Below, piece after piece: positions 47,453-57,879 of a stretch of DNA of 64,000 bases. Source of the stretch: Klebsiella phage VB_KpP_HS106; sequence record OP764672.1. One strand, given 5' to 3'. The notes under the pieces are model-generated. The model was not told where the DNA came from. It worked only from the letters and a program-made list of their open reading frames with translations, and searched no databases. The position numbers and the translations under genes were made by a program. The first letter of the stretch is position 1, and each line of letters begins with the position of its first letter.

Positions 47453-50167
47453 TCACATAAGTGGATTAAGTTCATCATCTGGAACAGTATACAGTTTTTG
47501 CTGCATAAACTGCATGATCTCTACAGAGGATGGTAAAGACAATGCCTGACTCAAGTACATATCAGGTAACTGCAAAGCCAGTGCTCCAATGTTTGTATTC
47601 AAAGTACGGGCTATCATCTGATCAGCTGTTTCACCTAAGTTAACATAACCATTTGTAGCCTGGAGGAATATCCAGTCAGATATAGTATTAGAACCCTGGT
47701 TTAACTCATCTTGAGCTTGCTGGAGTACTTCCTGTTTTTCTTCCAACTCTTTCTGAAGAGATCCCATTTTCTGTTGCATAGCTATCTGCTGACCTTTCAT
47801 GGAAGCATCAGAGGCTTTAAATGCAATGTTAGAAATCTGCATTAGGTTTTTAGCAGTTAAGCTGAATGGCCCTGTAGTGCCAGAAAAATAAACATAACCA
47901 CCATATACAGCAGCCACCACAGCCACCACAGTAGCCAGTATAGAAGCCCAGCTACCAAGCTTACTAAAGACGTACTTACTCAGTAATGAGAAGGCTATCA
48001 TCGTACCTGCGGCTGTGGCTACAGCAGTTAATGCACCAATTAAAGATAATGATGCACCCCCTGTCCACCAGGATACAGCCACAGCTATTACAACAGTCAC
48101 TGCCTGAAATAGACCAGTCTGATACCATTTGGTTTTAACTGTGTACTCAGTACAGATTAATACTTGCAGAGCACGCGCATATAAAGTTTCACGGTCATGG
48201 GCAGAGAACAGTTTTCTAAATGCATGATCCAAAGGAACCATTAGCTGATCATGTTCATGACCTCGGGTTATCTTGCTACCGCCCACACGAACGCTATGAG
48301 TTAACTCATATACCCTTACCTCTTCGTACTCGGTATCTGAGGTCTGGAGTTTGTAGAAATGGTAGGTCATGGACTTAGTGCCATAAGTACCATCAGAATT
48401 TTTAGTGGGGATCACACCATCTTCTGCATAACCAGAAGTAACACTACCTTTGGGGCCAATAGAACCTGTGATCTTGGCATAGCCAAGTAAGTCCATATTG
48501 TTGTAAGTAGCAATCTCAGTATCTTCAGATTTAACCATAGCACCAAGATGCATCTCATAGGTGTCTAAGTCTGAAGTGGGCACATCCTCAGATCCCCCAG
48601 TATTTCCTGAGTTGTCCCACATAGCCTCTGTATACTCAGGACGGATATTGCAAAGGGTATAGAAGTAATTAAATAGGTACTCCTGCTCTATAGCATTTTC
48701 AGTATTAGCAGGCACTTGCAAGATTAAAAGTACATCCCTGACTTTACTCAGTGAACTGAGACTTTCATAAATCTGATCACCAACTTCAAGCCAGTTAAGC
48801 CCTAACTTTTTGCAGATTTTAACAGAAGTTTTATAGGCTTCCGTATCCTGGTAATCATCAGAGATTAAACGCTTACCACCAAGTCTGTAGTAGATACGGG
48901 GGAAATGTTGACCAAAATCAGCTACTGTCGTACCTGTGATACCGTCCAGATCAGGATAAGAACCTGAACCATACTGATAAGTGAAATACCCAATATGGGT
49001 AGTAGAACCATCAATCCACTGATAACAAACCATAAAATAGTCAGGACTATCATCGGTATCCTCCCCACTAGGATCTAACACAGCATTAGGGTCATAGTCC
49101 CCTGAGTCACTATCATCAAGTACAGTATCTGTATCAATGTCTTCATCTGCTGGGTTGTAGTCATAGATACCAAAACCAGCATTGAAAAAAGCAATGACAT
49201 TAACATTCACTGTTTTAGTTGTGATATGCCGAGATACTTCAGTCTCTACTATCGTGATTACACCCGTATCAGGATCGGTAGTTTCAGTGGTTTGAGTAGG
49301 GTCAGTCTGATCAGTCTCATTGGTAGAAGTTCCCACATCTACTGAGCTAATCACATCAGAAGGTAAGGTAAAACCGTTCCAGTCTGTAGTGTTGTTGGTG
49401 GTGTCTGAGGACTCTTCAGTAACTACATCATCGTATCCACCGGAGCCATTCGGGGTACGTACAGTGGTAGTTACCTTAGTGGTTTCTACGGTGGTAATTC
49501 GCTTAACCCCAGCAAAGCTAAAAGCATACTCAACACGGATATAATTGGAACCAGTAGAGCTAACCTCATCTGGTGTATCTACTCTGGTTAAGTCCTGCAC
49601 CCTTGTAGGAGTGTAACCACTCTGGGGTGAGTATCCCCAATGCTGAAACATTACATCTTCAGCTCTTTCACTGGTTTCAGGGGTGATAAAGTTAATAGCA
49701 TTATGGAGATAGCAAGGAGTACCCAAAGCTGAGGATCGATCAGATAACTCATTAGACGTTGGGTTATAACCTTGAGTAGAAATTAGCTGTTGCCACATAG
49801 CATGTCTGAAATTACCAGGCACAAACTGGCTATAAACATAGGTCAGATTTGATTGTCCTGTGAGAGTAACCAGAACATCATTTAAGGACTCTGCCCCAGT
49901 AAAATCAGTAACAGCTACTGTAGATATGGTGGGTAAACCATAAGTGTACTTGCCTTTTGCTGCCCAACGATAAGCAGCATCCCACTTAACATTGTTAGCA
50001 GACCACCCATACTCCAGCATCAGATCAGTTAATGATTTGGTGTTATCTTCGTCCAATACATAGGTAGTAATAGCCTGCCCAATCACATCAGGTAAGTAGT
50101 CATCATTTATTAAACGGGAGTATGAAAAATCCCTGTATGTCTTTTTCTTGCCGCTAAAAAGTCCCAT
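47453..50167 (-). CDS. large virion protein with transmembrane helices (putative ejection or channel protein)
   Basis: 904 aa. Three to four hydrophobic helices around residues 650 to 730 (VTVVIAVAVSWW..., ILATVVAVVAAVYGG). C-terminal coiled coil. Confidence 0.45.
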   Translation of the reverse strand: MGLFSGKKKTYRDFSYSRLINDDYLPDVIGQAITTYVLDEDNTKSLTDLMLEYGWSANNVKWDAAYRWAAKGKYTYGLPTISTVAVTDFTGAESLNDVLVTLTGQSNLTYVYSQFVPGNFRHAMWQQLISTQGYNPTSNELSDRSSALGTPCYLHNAINFITPETSERAEDVMFQHWGYSPQSGYTPTRVQDLTRVDTPDEVSSTGSNYIRVEYAFSFAGVKRITTVETTKVTTTVRTPNGSGGYDDVVTEESSDTTNNTTDWNGFTLPSDVISSVDVGTSTNETDQTDPTQTTETTDPDTGVITIVETEVSRHITTKTVNVNVIAFFNAGFGIYDYNPADEDIDTDTVLDDSDSGDYDPNAVLDPSGEDTDDSPDYFMVCYQWIDGSTTHIGYFTYQYGSGSYPDLDGITGTTVADFGQHFPRIYYRLGGKRLISDDYQDTEAYKTSVKICKKLGLNWLEVGDQIYESLSSLSKVRDVLLILQVPANTENAIEQEYLFNYFYTLCNIRPEYTEAMWDNSGNTGGSEDVPTSDLDTYEMHLGAMVKSEDTEIATYNNMDLLGYAKITGSIGPKGSVTSGYAEDGVIPTKNSDGTYGTKSMTYHFYKLQTSDTEYEEVRVYELTHSVRVGGSKITRGHEHDQLMVPLDHAFRKLFSAHDRETLYARALQVLICTEYTVKTKWYQTGLFQAVTVVIAVAVSWWTGGASLSLIGALTAVATAAGTMIAFSLLSKYVFSKLGSWASILATVVAVVAAVYGGYVYFSGTTGPFSLTAKNLMQISNIAFKASDASMKGQQIAMQQKMGSLQKELEEKQEVLQQAQDELNQGSNTISDWIFLQATNGYVNLGETADQMIARTLNTNIGALALQLPDMYLSQALSLPSSVEIMQFMQQKLYTVPDDELNPLM

Positions 50168-50175
50168 GGTGACCT

Positions 50176-50206
50176 CATAAAAAAGAAGGGAGCACTAGGC
50201 TCCCTT
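50176..50206 (-). terminator. rho-independent terminator (minus strand)
   Basis: gggagc-ctagt-gctccc followed by a U-run on the minus strand. Confidence 0.55.
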
Positions 50207-50223
50207 TATGATATATCAGACTC

Positions 50224-51042
50224 TTAGGAAGGGGTAACAGTTACATCAATACCTGCTAAGAGTTTCTGGATAGCTTTACCTACAGTAGCATCATCCAGCA
50301 GGTTAGTACTGTTGGCCGAGGTATCCTCGTCAGTCTGTCTACGCACGTTCCAGGTGTTTGACATAATCTGAGCAGCTTGCTGTTCAGCATTACGCTTATA
50401 CCCATCTTTCTGTGCATTCATCAGTTCGACTTGAACATCGATAACAGAACCAGAACCAATGACAGTTGAGTCAGTCTGAGCTTTTTCAGTAATAGTTTTC
50501 TGAGCATAGTATTCAGTCTGTGCCTTCGCTTGTTCCACCTGCTCACGTAAGAGAGCAAGCTGTTCCCTCTGAACATCAATCTGGGCTTCCAATAGCTCAA
50601 TTTGTTTATTGGCTTGCTCCAGTTGAGCTGGGTACAGGGAATTCAGTTGATAGTCTTTAAGCTCAGTATCTTTAGTGATGTTAGCCGTCTGAGCCTGGAT
50701 CTGCTCAATCTCATACGGCGTTTTCTGCATCTGGTCATGGATCTGATCAATCTGAGCTTGGGTAAGATCACTCTGCAATTCAAGCTGCTTAAACTCCAAA
50801 GCCTGGCGTTCTTTAGCCAAGAGAAATGAGATAGCAGCTTGCAGAGTAGAATCATAAGTTGCTGCATAGGTCTGCCCATAGGTAGGGCCAGTAATGCGGT
50901 TCTTCTCAAACTGTTCATTAAGTTGAACACGCATTGTTTGCAGCAGCTTATCCCAGACACCAGTACCTTTAAGATCAATAGTAGTAAGATCTGTGATATC
51001 CAGATCAGGAGCTACTACTGTATCAATGGTAATGTTAGTCAT
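50224..51042 (-). CDS. structural coiled-coil protein (N4 gp54-like position)
   Basis: 272 aa, Gln/Glu-rich heptad repeats. Lies in the structural block. Confidence 0.4.
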   Translation of the reverse strand: MTNITIDTVVAPDLDITDLTTIDLKGTGVWDKLLQTMRVQLNEQFEKNRITGPTYGQTYAATYDSTLQAAISFLLAKERQALEFKQLELQSDLTQAQIDQIHDQMQKTPYEIEQIQAQTANITKDTELKDYQLNSLYPAQLEQANKQIELLEAQIDVQREQLALLREQVEQAKAQTEYYAQKTITEKAQTDSTVIGSGSVIDVQVELMNAQKDGYKRNAEQQAAQIMSNTWNVRRQTDEDTSANSTNLLDDATVGKAIQKLLAGIDVTVTPS

Positions 51043-51051
51043 GGTTTATCC

Positions 51052-51594
51052 TTAGTCGTCCAGAGCACCACGTTGCAGCTGACTAAGCGCCAGTTCATCC
51101 AGCTCTGCTTGGGTCAGTGGAGGCAGCTCAGTAATGGTATAGGCTGGAATAGATTTAGACACTCGAATAGTAGTGCCATATTTACCAGGTTTAGAAGCGA
51201 AGATCTGAACCTGTTTTTCACGCAGCATGTTTACCATGATACGAGGTAAATGGAATGGTTTATCAGGTTGGTTATATGGAACCAGTTTACGAATCTGGAC
51301 ACCAGCACCGTTGGATACACCCAACCATTCACCAGGCCACTCACGTTTATTTGGGTCATTACAGACGATCAGACAACGAACCAGAGCCATAGCTTCTTTA
51401 TGCTTACGCTGGCGACGTTGTTCTTTGGTTTCCCCTTTAACAGGGCGTTCTTTTTCTTGAGGTTCCTGCCCTTCCATAACTTCTGCAATACGTGCAGCCA
51501 GTTTTTCAGAGCTGATATTAGGGTGGAAATCCACACCTAGTTGGTTAGCTTGAGCTTCCAGTAATTCACGATCTTGTTCAGTGTACTGTGACAT
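51052..51594 (-). CDS. hypothetical structural-module protein
   Basis: 180-aa ORF between the capsid gene and the coiled-coil protein. Confidence 0.4.
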   Translation of the reverse strand: MSQYTEQDRELLEAQANQLGVDFHPNISSEKLAARIAEVMEGQEPQEKERPVKGETKEQRRQRKHKEAMALVRCLIVCNDPNKREWPGEWLGVSNGAGVQIRKLVPYNQPDKPFHLPRIMVNMLREKQVQIFASKPGKYGTTIRVSKSIPAYTITELPPLTQAELDELALSQLQRGALDD

Positions 51595-51611
51595 TTCTTA
51601 CCTACCTTTAT

Positions 51612-51641
51612 TTAATAAAAAACCGGGGAGGATTCCCCGGC
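51612..51641 (-). terminator. rho-independent terminator after the major capsid gene (minus strand)
   Basis: ccgggg-aatcct-ccccgg followed by tttttt on the minus strand. Confidence 0.65.
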
Positions 51642-51677
51642 TTTAAGCTTAATGCAAACTGATTTAATAAACCAGTA

Positions 51678-52850
51678 TTACATCTTAGCAGTGGTCATGA
51701 TCAGGCCAATACGCTCTGGACGTTGGGCCATGAAGCCATAGAACCAGCGCATAGAGATGAAGCCAGTTTCACCATATGGGTCAGTACGGTCGATGTTATC
51801 ACCTGGTTTGCGGCTATTGATCTCAAACTTCACACGGTTGCCAGAGGTCTGGAATGTGATGGTAGAGAAAGAGTCATCACCAACACACAGCAGAGGGAAT
51901 ACATCGTATTTCTCGCCATCGTTGTAATACACAGACTCATCGCCACCAGTCAGAGTAGCACCACCACCAGACCACTTCATCATCTTCTGGTTTTCGATCA
52001 GACGGAACTGACCTACTGAACCTACTTCACCATTAGCCAGGGAAGTACCCGCAGCATAATGCTCAGCAGAGATGAATGCTGGCTGATCATGCAGGTTCTT
52101 CATTGCTTCCAGGGTAGGACGCAACTCAGGGCCACAGAACAGGTAGCGGGCAGCCGGGATCACACGAGTATCAATATTACGAGTACCCGACAGGATGGTG
52201 GTTTTCTTCGGCGTATCAGCCTTATCCAGAGCCATAGCCAGCTTCATGAAGTTACTGTAAGACAGGACGTCGCCCTGGCCCAGTTCAGCACGAGAGTTGG
52301 CATCGCCTGCATAGACGATAGTACCAGCGTTGTTGATCAGGTCGATTTGCAGGGCATCTTCGTTCATGTCAGATGCAGCAATCATGATCTCACGGTTGAT
52401 ATGCTGGAGCAGTTCAGCATCGGTATCGAAGTTCAGAGAGTCACGGGTGTACTCAATGAAGAAACCGAACTTCTCGAAAGAACCTTCCAGTTCAATACGA
52501 GTAGTACCAACACGGTTAACACGACCACCGTTTTCACCCAGTACAGGGAATTTGTCCGGGATAGTACCGATATCACGGCTGGAACCATACAGGTTACCGT
52601 TAGCGATTTTAGCACCAGTTGCATCGATACCCTGATCGTTGATGTTACGATCATCAAGCAGCGGCAGGTAATGGAACATCTTCAGCTTTTTGCCGAAGTT
52701 AGACGGAATGGCTTTGGCAGAAGCCAGCTGAGTAAAGTACTGCTCTTTCTGAGCATCTTCCATCGCCTTACGCTGGTAATACGCAGTATTAATCTGCGGG
52801 CCAATGCTGGACGGTTTACCTTGGGCAGGAGCCTTATATTGCATAACCAT
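51678..52850 (-). CDS. major capsid protein (N4 gp56-like)
   Basis: 390 aa versus about 400 for the N4 MCP. Followed by a strong terminator. Lies between the scaffold-like and portal-side genes. Confidence 0.75.
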   Translation of the reverse strand: MVMQYKAPAQGKPSSIGPQINTAYYQRKAMEDAQKEQYFTQLASAKAIPSNFGKKLKMFHYLPLLDDRNINDQGIDATGAKIANGNLYGSSRDIGTIPDKFPVLGENGGRVNRVGTTRIELEGSFEKFGFFIEYTRDSLNFDTDAELLQHINREIMIAASDMNEDALQIDLINNAGTIVYAGDANSRAELGQGDVLSYSNFMKLAMALDKADTPKKTTILSGTRNIDTRVIPAARYLFCGPELRPTLEAMKNLHDQPAFISAEHYAAGTSLANGEVGSVGQFRLIENQKMMKWSGGGATLTGGDESVYYNDGEKYDVFPLLCVGDDSFSTITFQTSGNRVKFEINSRKPGDNIDRTDPYGETGFISMRWFYGFMAQRPERIGLIMTTAKM

Positions 52851-52864
52851 AGGTCAGTAACCTC

Positions 52865-54025
52865 TTAATTAAATTTGCTTGGGTCAATCTTAGCAAATTC
52901 TTCTGGAGAAAGGGAAAAGATATCTTCAGGAGTTAATTTACGTTGACTGGTTTGTGGAGCTTGACGAGGTGCAGCTGCTGCACGACGTGCTTGAGCAGTT
53001 TGAGAGGCAGTGCCCTGTTTAAGCTGAGTAGTGGTAGCAACAGCTGGAGCTTGAGCTTGCTGTACCTGCTGAATTTGTTCAGGAGTAGCAGTAGCTTTTA
53101 ACAGACCAGCTTCACGTAAACGTACTTCAGTATCACGGAATAACTGAAGCATTGGTTGTGCTGCCAGTTCTGGTTGGAACAACCGACGACGACTAACTTC
53201 ATCCATGATCTGCTGATATTCACCACGGGTATTCATTTCCTGAAGCACACCCAGAATACCTGGGTTTTCAGTAATGAACTTCTGACTTACATCATCCCAG
53301 CTTTGAGCAATACCAGTGAACATTTCCTGGAAACCAGGTTGAGTAGCTAATGTTTCAATGGTGTCATTAAGCTGCATCTGGATATCAGTTGGAGCTTGAT
53401 AACTGGTTTGATAGTTATCTGCCTGAGCTACATCGAACTCATACAGATCAATACCGCTGTCCTTGACAAGCTTTGCAATTGCCTCTGGTTTCTTATTATG
53501 AAGATCCAGAAGGAAAGCCACAGTGGATTCATCCATTGCATTGGCTTGCTGAAGCATCTGAGCAACACGGCGAACTGGTTTCAGAGCAGCCATCTTCTCA
53601 TGGTAGTTGGCACCCATCTGCATGAGCTTAACAGCTTCATCGGCAGATTTAATGGTGAGGTCACGACCGTTAGCCTTGAAAGGCTTACCAACAATTTGCT
53701 CGTATAACGCTTTGTAGTCCGGTGCGTTTTCGTTGCTGGAGTCAGGATCAGTCTTCTGAGGCTGTGCTTTAGGATCTGTGTCTTCTGGATTATCAGAAGT
53801 TTCTTCCGACTGCTCAGGATCAGTTTCAGGGGTGGTTTCTTCCTCTGGCTGTTCTGTTTCTTCTTCAGTCTCAGGGATTTCTTCCTGGTGTTCTTCAGAA
53901 GATTCTTCAGCTGTAGCCAGGGCATCAGCTTCCGCTGCTGCTTTTTCAGGATCAAATTTGCTTAATTCATCCTCAGACATGGAGAAGATGTCATTTGGAT
54001 CTAGTTGCTCATTTGAATTACTCAT
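52865..54025 (-). CDS. scaffolding-like protein
   Basis: Very acidic Glu/Thr/Pro-rich N-terminus, helical Q/A-rich C-terminus. Immediately upstream of the MCP. Confidence 0.5.
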   Translation of the reverse strand: MSNSNEQLDPNDIFSMSEDELSKFDPEKAAAEADALATAEESSEEHQEEIPETEEETEQPEEETTPETDPEQSEETSDNPEDTDPKAQPQKTDPDSSNENAPDYKALYEQIVGKPFKANGRDLTIKSADEAVKLMQMGANYHEKMAALKPVRRVAQMLQQANAMDESTVAFLLDLHNKKPEAIAKLVKDSGIDLYEFDVAQADNYQTSYQAPTDIQMQLNDTIETLATQPGFQEMFTGIAQSWDDVSQKFITENPGILGVLQEMNTRGEYQQIMDEVSRRRLFQPELAAQPMLQLFRDTEVRLREAGLLKATATPEQIQQVQQAQAPAVATTTQLKQGTASQTAQARRAAAAPRQAPQTSQRKLTPEDIFSLSPEEFAKIDPSKFN

Positions 54026-54028
54026 GGG

Positions 54029-54343
54029 TTAGTCCTCGTCGTAAAATTCTTCTCGGGTCTGCTCTGCTTCTCTGAGAGATTTAGTAGCCGTTGCCCGGTT
54101 ATCTTTTACTTCATCCAGATATTGCTTGAAGGTAGCTACAGCATCAATCTTCCGAGCGATTTCATTATCTGGAGTCATATCACGAGTACGTGAATAAACC
54201 AGATCCAAAGCATAAGTACCAAGATAGTTGAGTTCGATAAGCATACGAAAATCTGGATTAACCTCCAGACGTTCTAAAGCCTCACCCAGTGCTACCTGTT
54301 GCTTATACTTTTTTATATCGTTGTCGAGATTATTGATGTTCAT
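54029..54343 (-). CDS. hypothetical protein
   Basis: The track ORF starts at a TTG. An internal ATG at 54343 has a gagg RBS. 104 aa. Confidence 0.4.
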   Translation of the reverse strand: MNINNLDNDIKKYKQQVALGEALERLEVNPDFRMLIELNYLGTYALDLVYSRTRDMTPDNEIARKIDAVATFKQYLDEVKDNRATATKSLREAEQTREEFYDED

Positions 54344-54412
54344 AGAAACCTCATGAAAGAAGCAGGGGGACAATACAACAAATTGCCCCTCCTGCCTATA
54401 GTTTTAAATAAA

Positions 54413-56674
54413 TTACGAGTTATTACCAGTGCTTTGAGACGGAGGATTTAAATCCCTCTGTGCTCTTAACAACTGAAGCTGGCTATTATGATTTAGTCTG
54501 GTATTAGCAAGTTGCTGGAGTAAACCAGACTGGTGCTGTGCCTGAATCTGATCCAGAGTGCCCTGCTGTTTAAGAGCCTGAGCAGCAAGTAAGGTATCAC
54601 CCTTAGCTTGTTCCATCTCCAGAGCTTGCTGGTGTTTAACCCCATTCTGAGTCTGCAAGAAGTCTAGACTATTCTTGTCAGTCTGAGATTGGATCTGACC
54701 AGCTTTAGCAATTTCAGTACCCTGCTTAACTTGGTTAAGCTGACCTTTACTACCCTCAGCCATAGCTTGAGCACGAGTAAGATCAATCTGAGCCTGAAGC
54801 AGTTCAAGCTGTTTCTGCTGCATCATCTGCTGCATTGGATCAGGTTGAGGCTGATATTGCTCAATCTTACGAACCATATCAGGCATCTTGTTCAGCCGTG
54901 CAATTTCAGCAAGGAACAACTTACTGAAGTCAGGGCCAAGAGTCTGAGCGCTGGTTTGCAGCATGAAAGCAAGTTGTTGAGCTTTAGCCTGATCATCTTC
55001 AGCTGTAGAGATAGTAAGACGAAGATCATAGTTACCCGGTAAGTCATCACGACGAATAGGCACAAACTCATCTTCAGTAATACGAACCACAGTTTCCTCA
55101 TCCAGGAACTCAGCATTCATTGCAATGATCTTACGACCAATCTTAATGAGGCCATTGGATAAACGACGAAGGATACCAAGTTCACGTTTAGAAGCAGCAT
55201 CCAATGCACCACGCACACCAGCAGCTGTTTGACCTAAACCAGAACCAGAAATACCTTCTGCCCCAGAGAATGACTTAACCCCAGTCAGTGACTCAGCATC
55301 AGTATTCATAAGCTGAAGCATAAACTGAGCAGACTGTGGGATCTCAGGGAAGGTATGAGTATGGATACCTAGACGAGGATCTGTACCAGGGTTGAACTCG
55401 TAATCATCACCACGTTGGAATTTACGCTTGTTGGTTTCATCCAGCATATTCTTAGCAAAACCAGTCTGAGAGTTAGCTGACTTACCAAGCAAGTCAATCA
55501 TACCCCTGGTTACTGCACCGATGATATCCTGGTTATCCTTCAACAGTTCTGCATCTGGTTCACCATAGATAGAGTTCTTAACAGGCAGGTAAGGAACAGA
55601 AACGAACGGAATCTTCTTGTCCGGGAAAGGGTTCTCTTCCAGACGGATCAATATACCGTTAACCCAGGTTGCTACAATAGGGCGTAACAAACCAGAATTA
55701 TCAGTATCCCAATATCCCCAATACTCATAAGCAACAATTCTTTTTCGAGGTTTACCTTCCGGCTGGAAGTTGGGGTCATTAGGTGCTTCATAGTTTTGCT
55801 CAGTGAGAGGTGAACTGTTCGAGACATTGATGTTCTCCAGGTTCTTGTAGCGCCCATCTGCTTTAAGTTCTGCAAGGGACGTCTCAAAAGAATAGATAAC
55901 AAACTTAGCGTTATCCAGGTCACCCTTACAAGAAGGGTCTACATACAGGTTATTTAAATCACAGACTTCTACCGTAGGACAGTTCTTAATTGTCTTCATC
56001 TCGGTAGTGTTAGCTACACCAATAGGAGTCAGTGCATAGGGGATCCCTGTACTTTTAAGAATCTCATAACCATCCTGTAATTGCTGAGGATAGTTTAAGA
56101 GGTATACAGGATTTTCCTGCTCAACCTGGGCCATCTTTTGATAGATATCCATCATGTCAGCAGCAACTGAGAAAGAGTATACAGGCTCCTGTTTAGGGAC
56201 TTCTCTTTCTTCAAAATCCCAACCAACACGAACAATAATTGTACCGTCATCTACTGCACTACGGACGTAGGCATCAATAAAAGCAACACGATCAATCTGT
56301 GTCTGGAATTGGTTATTAAGAATTAAACTGTTTTGTCTGGCACCAGGAACATCTTCCCAAGTTACTGGGTTAATGTTGTATAAGTCTGGGGTAGATAAGA
56401 ATGGCTCAGACAAAGCAGCATAACGCCACTCAGCCTGCTTACGAATAAGCTTAGGCTGAATTTTGGATTGCCCCTCACCTTTAGGGGTAGTCGTCTTACC
56501 TTTACGGTAGCGTTCCCACTCCGCTATCTTAGCGGTCTGGGTATCATGAATAGGCGTAGCATTGGTCAGATCCTGTTTAAGAATCGATAGAGTAGGTGGA
56601 TTTTTCCATCCTGTCTCGATGCCTACAGGTTGATCATGGTAAGCTACACTTACGCTCTGATCTTCATCGTTCAT
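54413..56674 (-). CDS. portal protein (N4 gp59-like)
   Basis: 753 aa versus about 760 for the N4 portal. First large gene of the head module, ahead of the scaffold and MCP. Confidence 0.75.
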   Translation of the reverse strand: MNDEDQSVSVAYHDQPVGIETGWKNPPTLSILKQDLTNATPIHDTQTAKIAEWERYRKGKTTTPKGEGQSKIQPKLIRKQAEWRYAALSEPFLSTPDLYNINPVTWEDVPGARQNSLILNNQFQTQIDRVAFIDAYVRSAVDDGTIIVRVGWDFEEREVPKQEPVYSFSVAADMMDIYQKMAQVEQENPVYLLNYPQQLQDGYEILKSTGIPYALTPIGVANTTEMKTIKNCPTVEVCDLNNLYVDPSCKGDLDNAKFVIYSFETSLAELKADGRYKNLENINVSNSSPLTEQNYEAPNDPNFQPEGKPRKRIVAYEYWGYWDTDNSGLLRPIVATWVNGILIRLEENPFPDKKIPFVSVPYLPVKNSIYGEPDAELLKDNQDIIGAVTRGMIDLLGKSANSQTGFAKNMLDETNKRKFQRGDDYEFNPGTDPRLGIHTHTFPEIPQSAQFMLQLMNTDAESLTGVKSFSGAEGISGSGLGQTAAGVRGALDAASKRELGILRRLSNGLIKIGRKIIAMNAEFLDEETVVRITEDEFVPIRRDDLPGNYDLRLTISTAEDDQAKAQQLAFMLQTSAQTLGPDFSKLFLAEIARLNKMPDMVRKIEQYQPQPDPMQQMMQQKQLELLQAQIDLTRAQAMAEGSKGQLNQVKQGTEIAKAGQIQSQTDKNSLDFLQTQNGVKHQQALEMEQAKGDTLLAAQALKQQGTLDQIQAQHQSGLLQQLANTRLNHNSQLQLLRAQRDLNPPSQSTGNNS

Positions 56675-56730
56675 AGTGTTCTAACCTTAGTAAATAATTT
56701 GTTGTATTAAACCAGAAAGAGGCCATACAA

Positions 56731-57351
56731 ATGAAGTCCAATGCCGAAAAAGTAGCTGAACTTAATATTGCTTTTGGTAACCCTAAAGGCGATCTCTCCA
56801 ATCCTAATGTCAATGCTATCAGAAAACAGGCAAAGCTGTGTCTTGAAGAGTCAGTGGAAGCCATTGAAGCCAGTAATCCTGACATGATGGTACAGGTACA
56901 TTTGCAGAAACGCCTAACGAATGCTGATGTTGGCCCGGTAAATATGATCCAACTGGCTGATGCTATTGGTGACATTCTTACCGTAGCCTATGGTCTGGCT
57001 CATGTTGCTGGCTTCGATGCTGATAAGATCTATGACCTGGTTCACGAATCTAATATGACCAAATTCATTCGTCATGAAGATGAAGTGGAAGATGCCCTGT
57101 CTTACTACTGGGCTATGGGCTTTGGTGATGATGAACTCACCATTGAAGGTGAATACCCTCGTGCTTACATCAAGGTGGCTAAAACCACTGTCATTGAGGG
57201 TAAAGAGTACCCAGAAGGTAAGTTCCTCAAGAACATGATCACCTTCAAGGAACCTGACTTTTCATCACTGTTTCCTGACTATGATCCTGAGCAAGCGGCT
57301 AAATACCAGTCTGTTGCTAAAATCATTAATCAAATGCACTTGTCTAACTAA
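56731..57351 (+). CDS. MazG-like nucleoside triphosphate pyrophosphohydrolase (all-alpha NTP-PPase)
   Basis: EESVEAIEA (EExxE) and LADAIGDILTVAYGLA motifs are characteristic of the MazG/HisE-like fold. Has its own terminator. Confidence 0.5.
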   Translation: MKSNAEKVAELNIAFGNPKGDLSNPNVNAIRKQAKLCLEESVEAIEASNPDMMVQVHLQKRLTNADVGPVNMIQLADAIGDILTVAYGLAHVAGFDADKIYDLVHESNMTKFIRHEDEVEDALSYYWAMGFGDDELTIEGEYPRAYIKVAKTTVIEGKEYPEGKFLKNMITFKEPDFSSLFPDYDPEQAAKYQSVAKIINQMHLSN

Positions 57352-57405
57352 GTTAGCTATGGCATAACTAAATCCAGCGAATGATTCGGATTGGATTCCT
57401 GCTTT

Positions 57406-57434
57406 AGCCCTGGTTCGCTGGGGCTTCTTTTTTA
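57406..57434 (+). terminator. rho-independent terminator
   Basis: gccctgg-ttcg-ctggggc followed by ttctttttt. Confidence 0.7.
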
Positions 57435-57656
57435 AATACACTTACGAGTGTATTTAGAACAGAAGAAGCGTGTTGCGATGTTGATTCTGTTGCCATACCC
57501 CAACAAGGTATTTTAAAACACAGGCAGTGTCCTGTTATGTACAAAGGTCTAAAAGCTGGAGTACCCTGGAACCAGAACCAGGTTATCGAACTCGGAGTAG
57601 CCCCTACTTTACAGGGGCTTATTTATAAAGATATTCAAGAGTGTTTTTATAAATAA

Positions 57657-57731
57657 GATGGGATAGCTAAACGGTGAAGCGGTAGACTGTTAATCTATGA
57701 CAGCTGGGTTCGAGTCCCAGTCCCATCGCCA
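57657..57731 (+). tRNA. tRNA-Asn (anticodon GTT)
   Basis: Acceptor gatggga/tcccatc. T-arm ctggg-ttcgagt-cccag. Anticodon loop ctGTTaa. Encoded CCA. Confidence 0.7.
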
Positions 57732-57797
57732 AATAACCCCTCTGTGTTGGTTCGATTCCAACTGGATTACTGGATGGCGACAGTAGAGGGCTAATTA

Positions 57798-57874
57798 CAC
57801 TGCATAGCTCAGTCTGGTAGAGCACCTGCTTTGGGAGCAGGGTGTCTTAGGTTCGAATCCTAATGTGGTGACCA
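57798..57874 (+). tRNA. tRNA-Pro (anticodon TGG)
   Basis: Acceptor cactgca/tgtggtg. D-arm gctc-agtctggta-gagc. Anticodon loop ttTGGga. T-arm ttagg-ttcgaat-cctaa. CCA. Confidence 0.8.
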
Positions 57875-57879
57875 AATTC

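Noticed and set aside
52059-52868. 269-aa plus-strand ORF overlapping the major capsid gene
   Set aside because: Antisense to the MCP gene, which has appropriate size, a terminator and neighbours. No RBS.
57746-57762. Possible additional full tRNA between Asn and Pro
   Set aside because: Only a T-arm is present. No acceptor complement or anticodon arm within the 66-nt spacer. Treated as a remnant.
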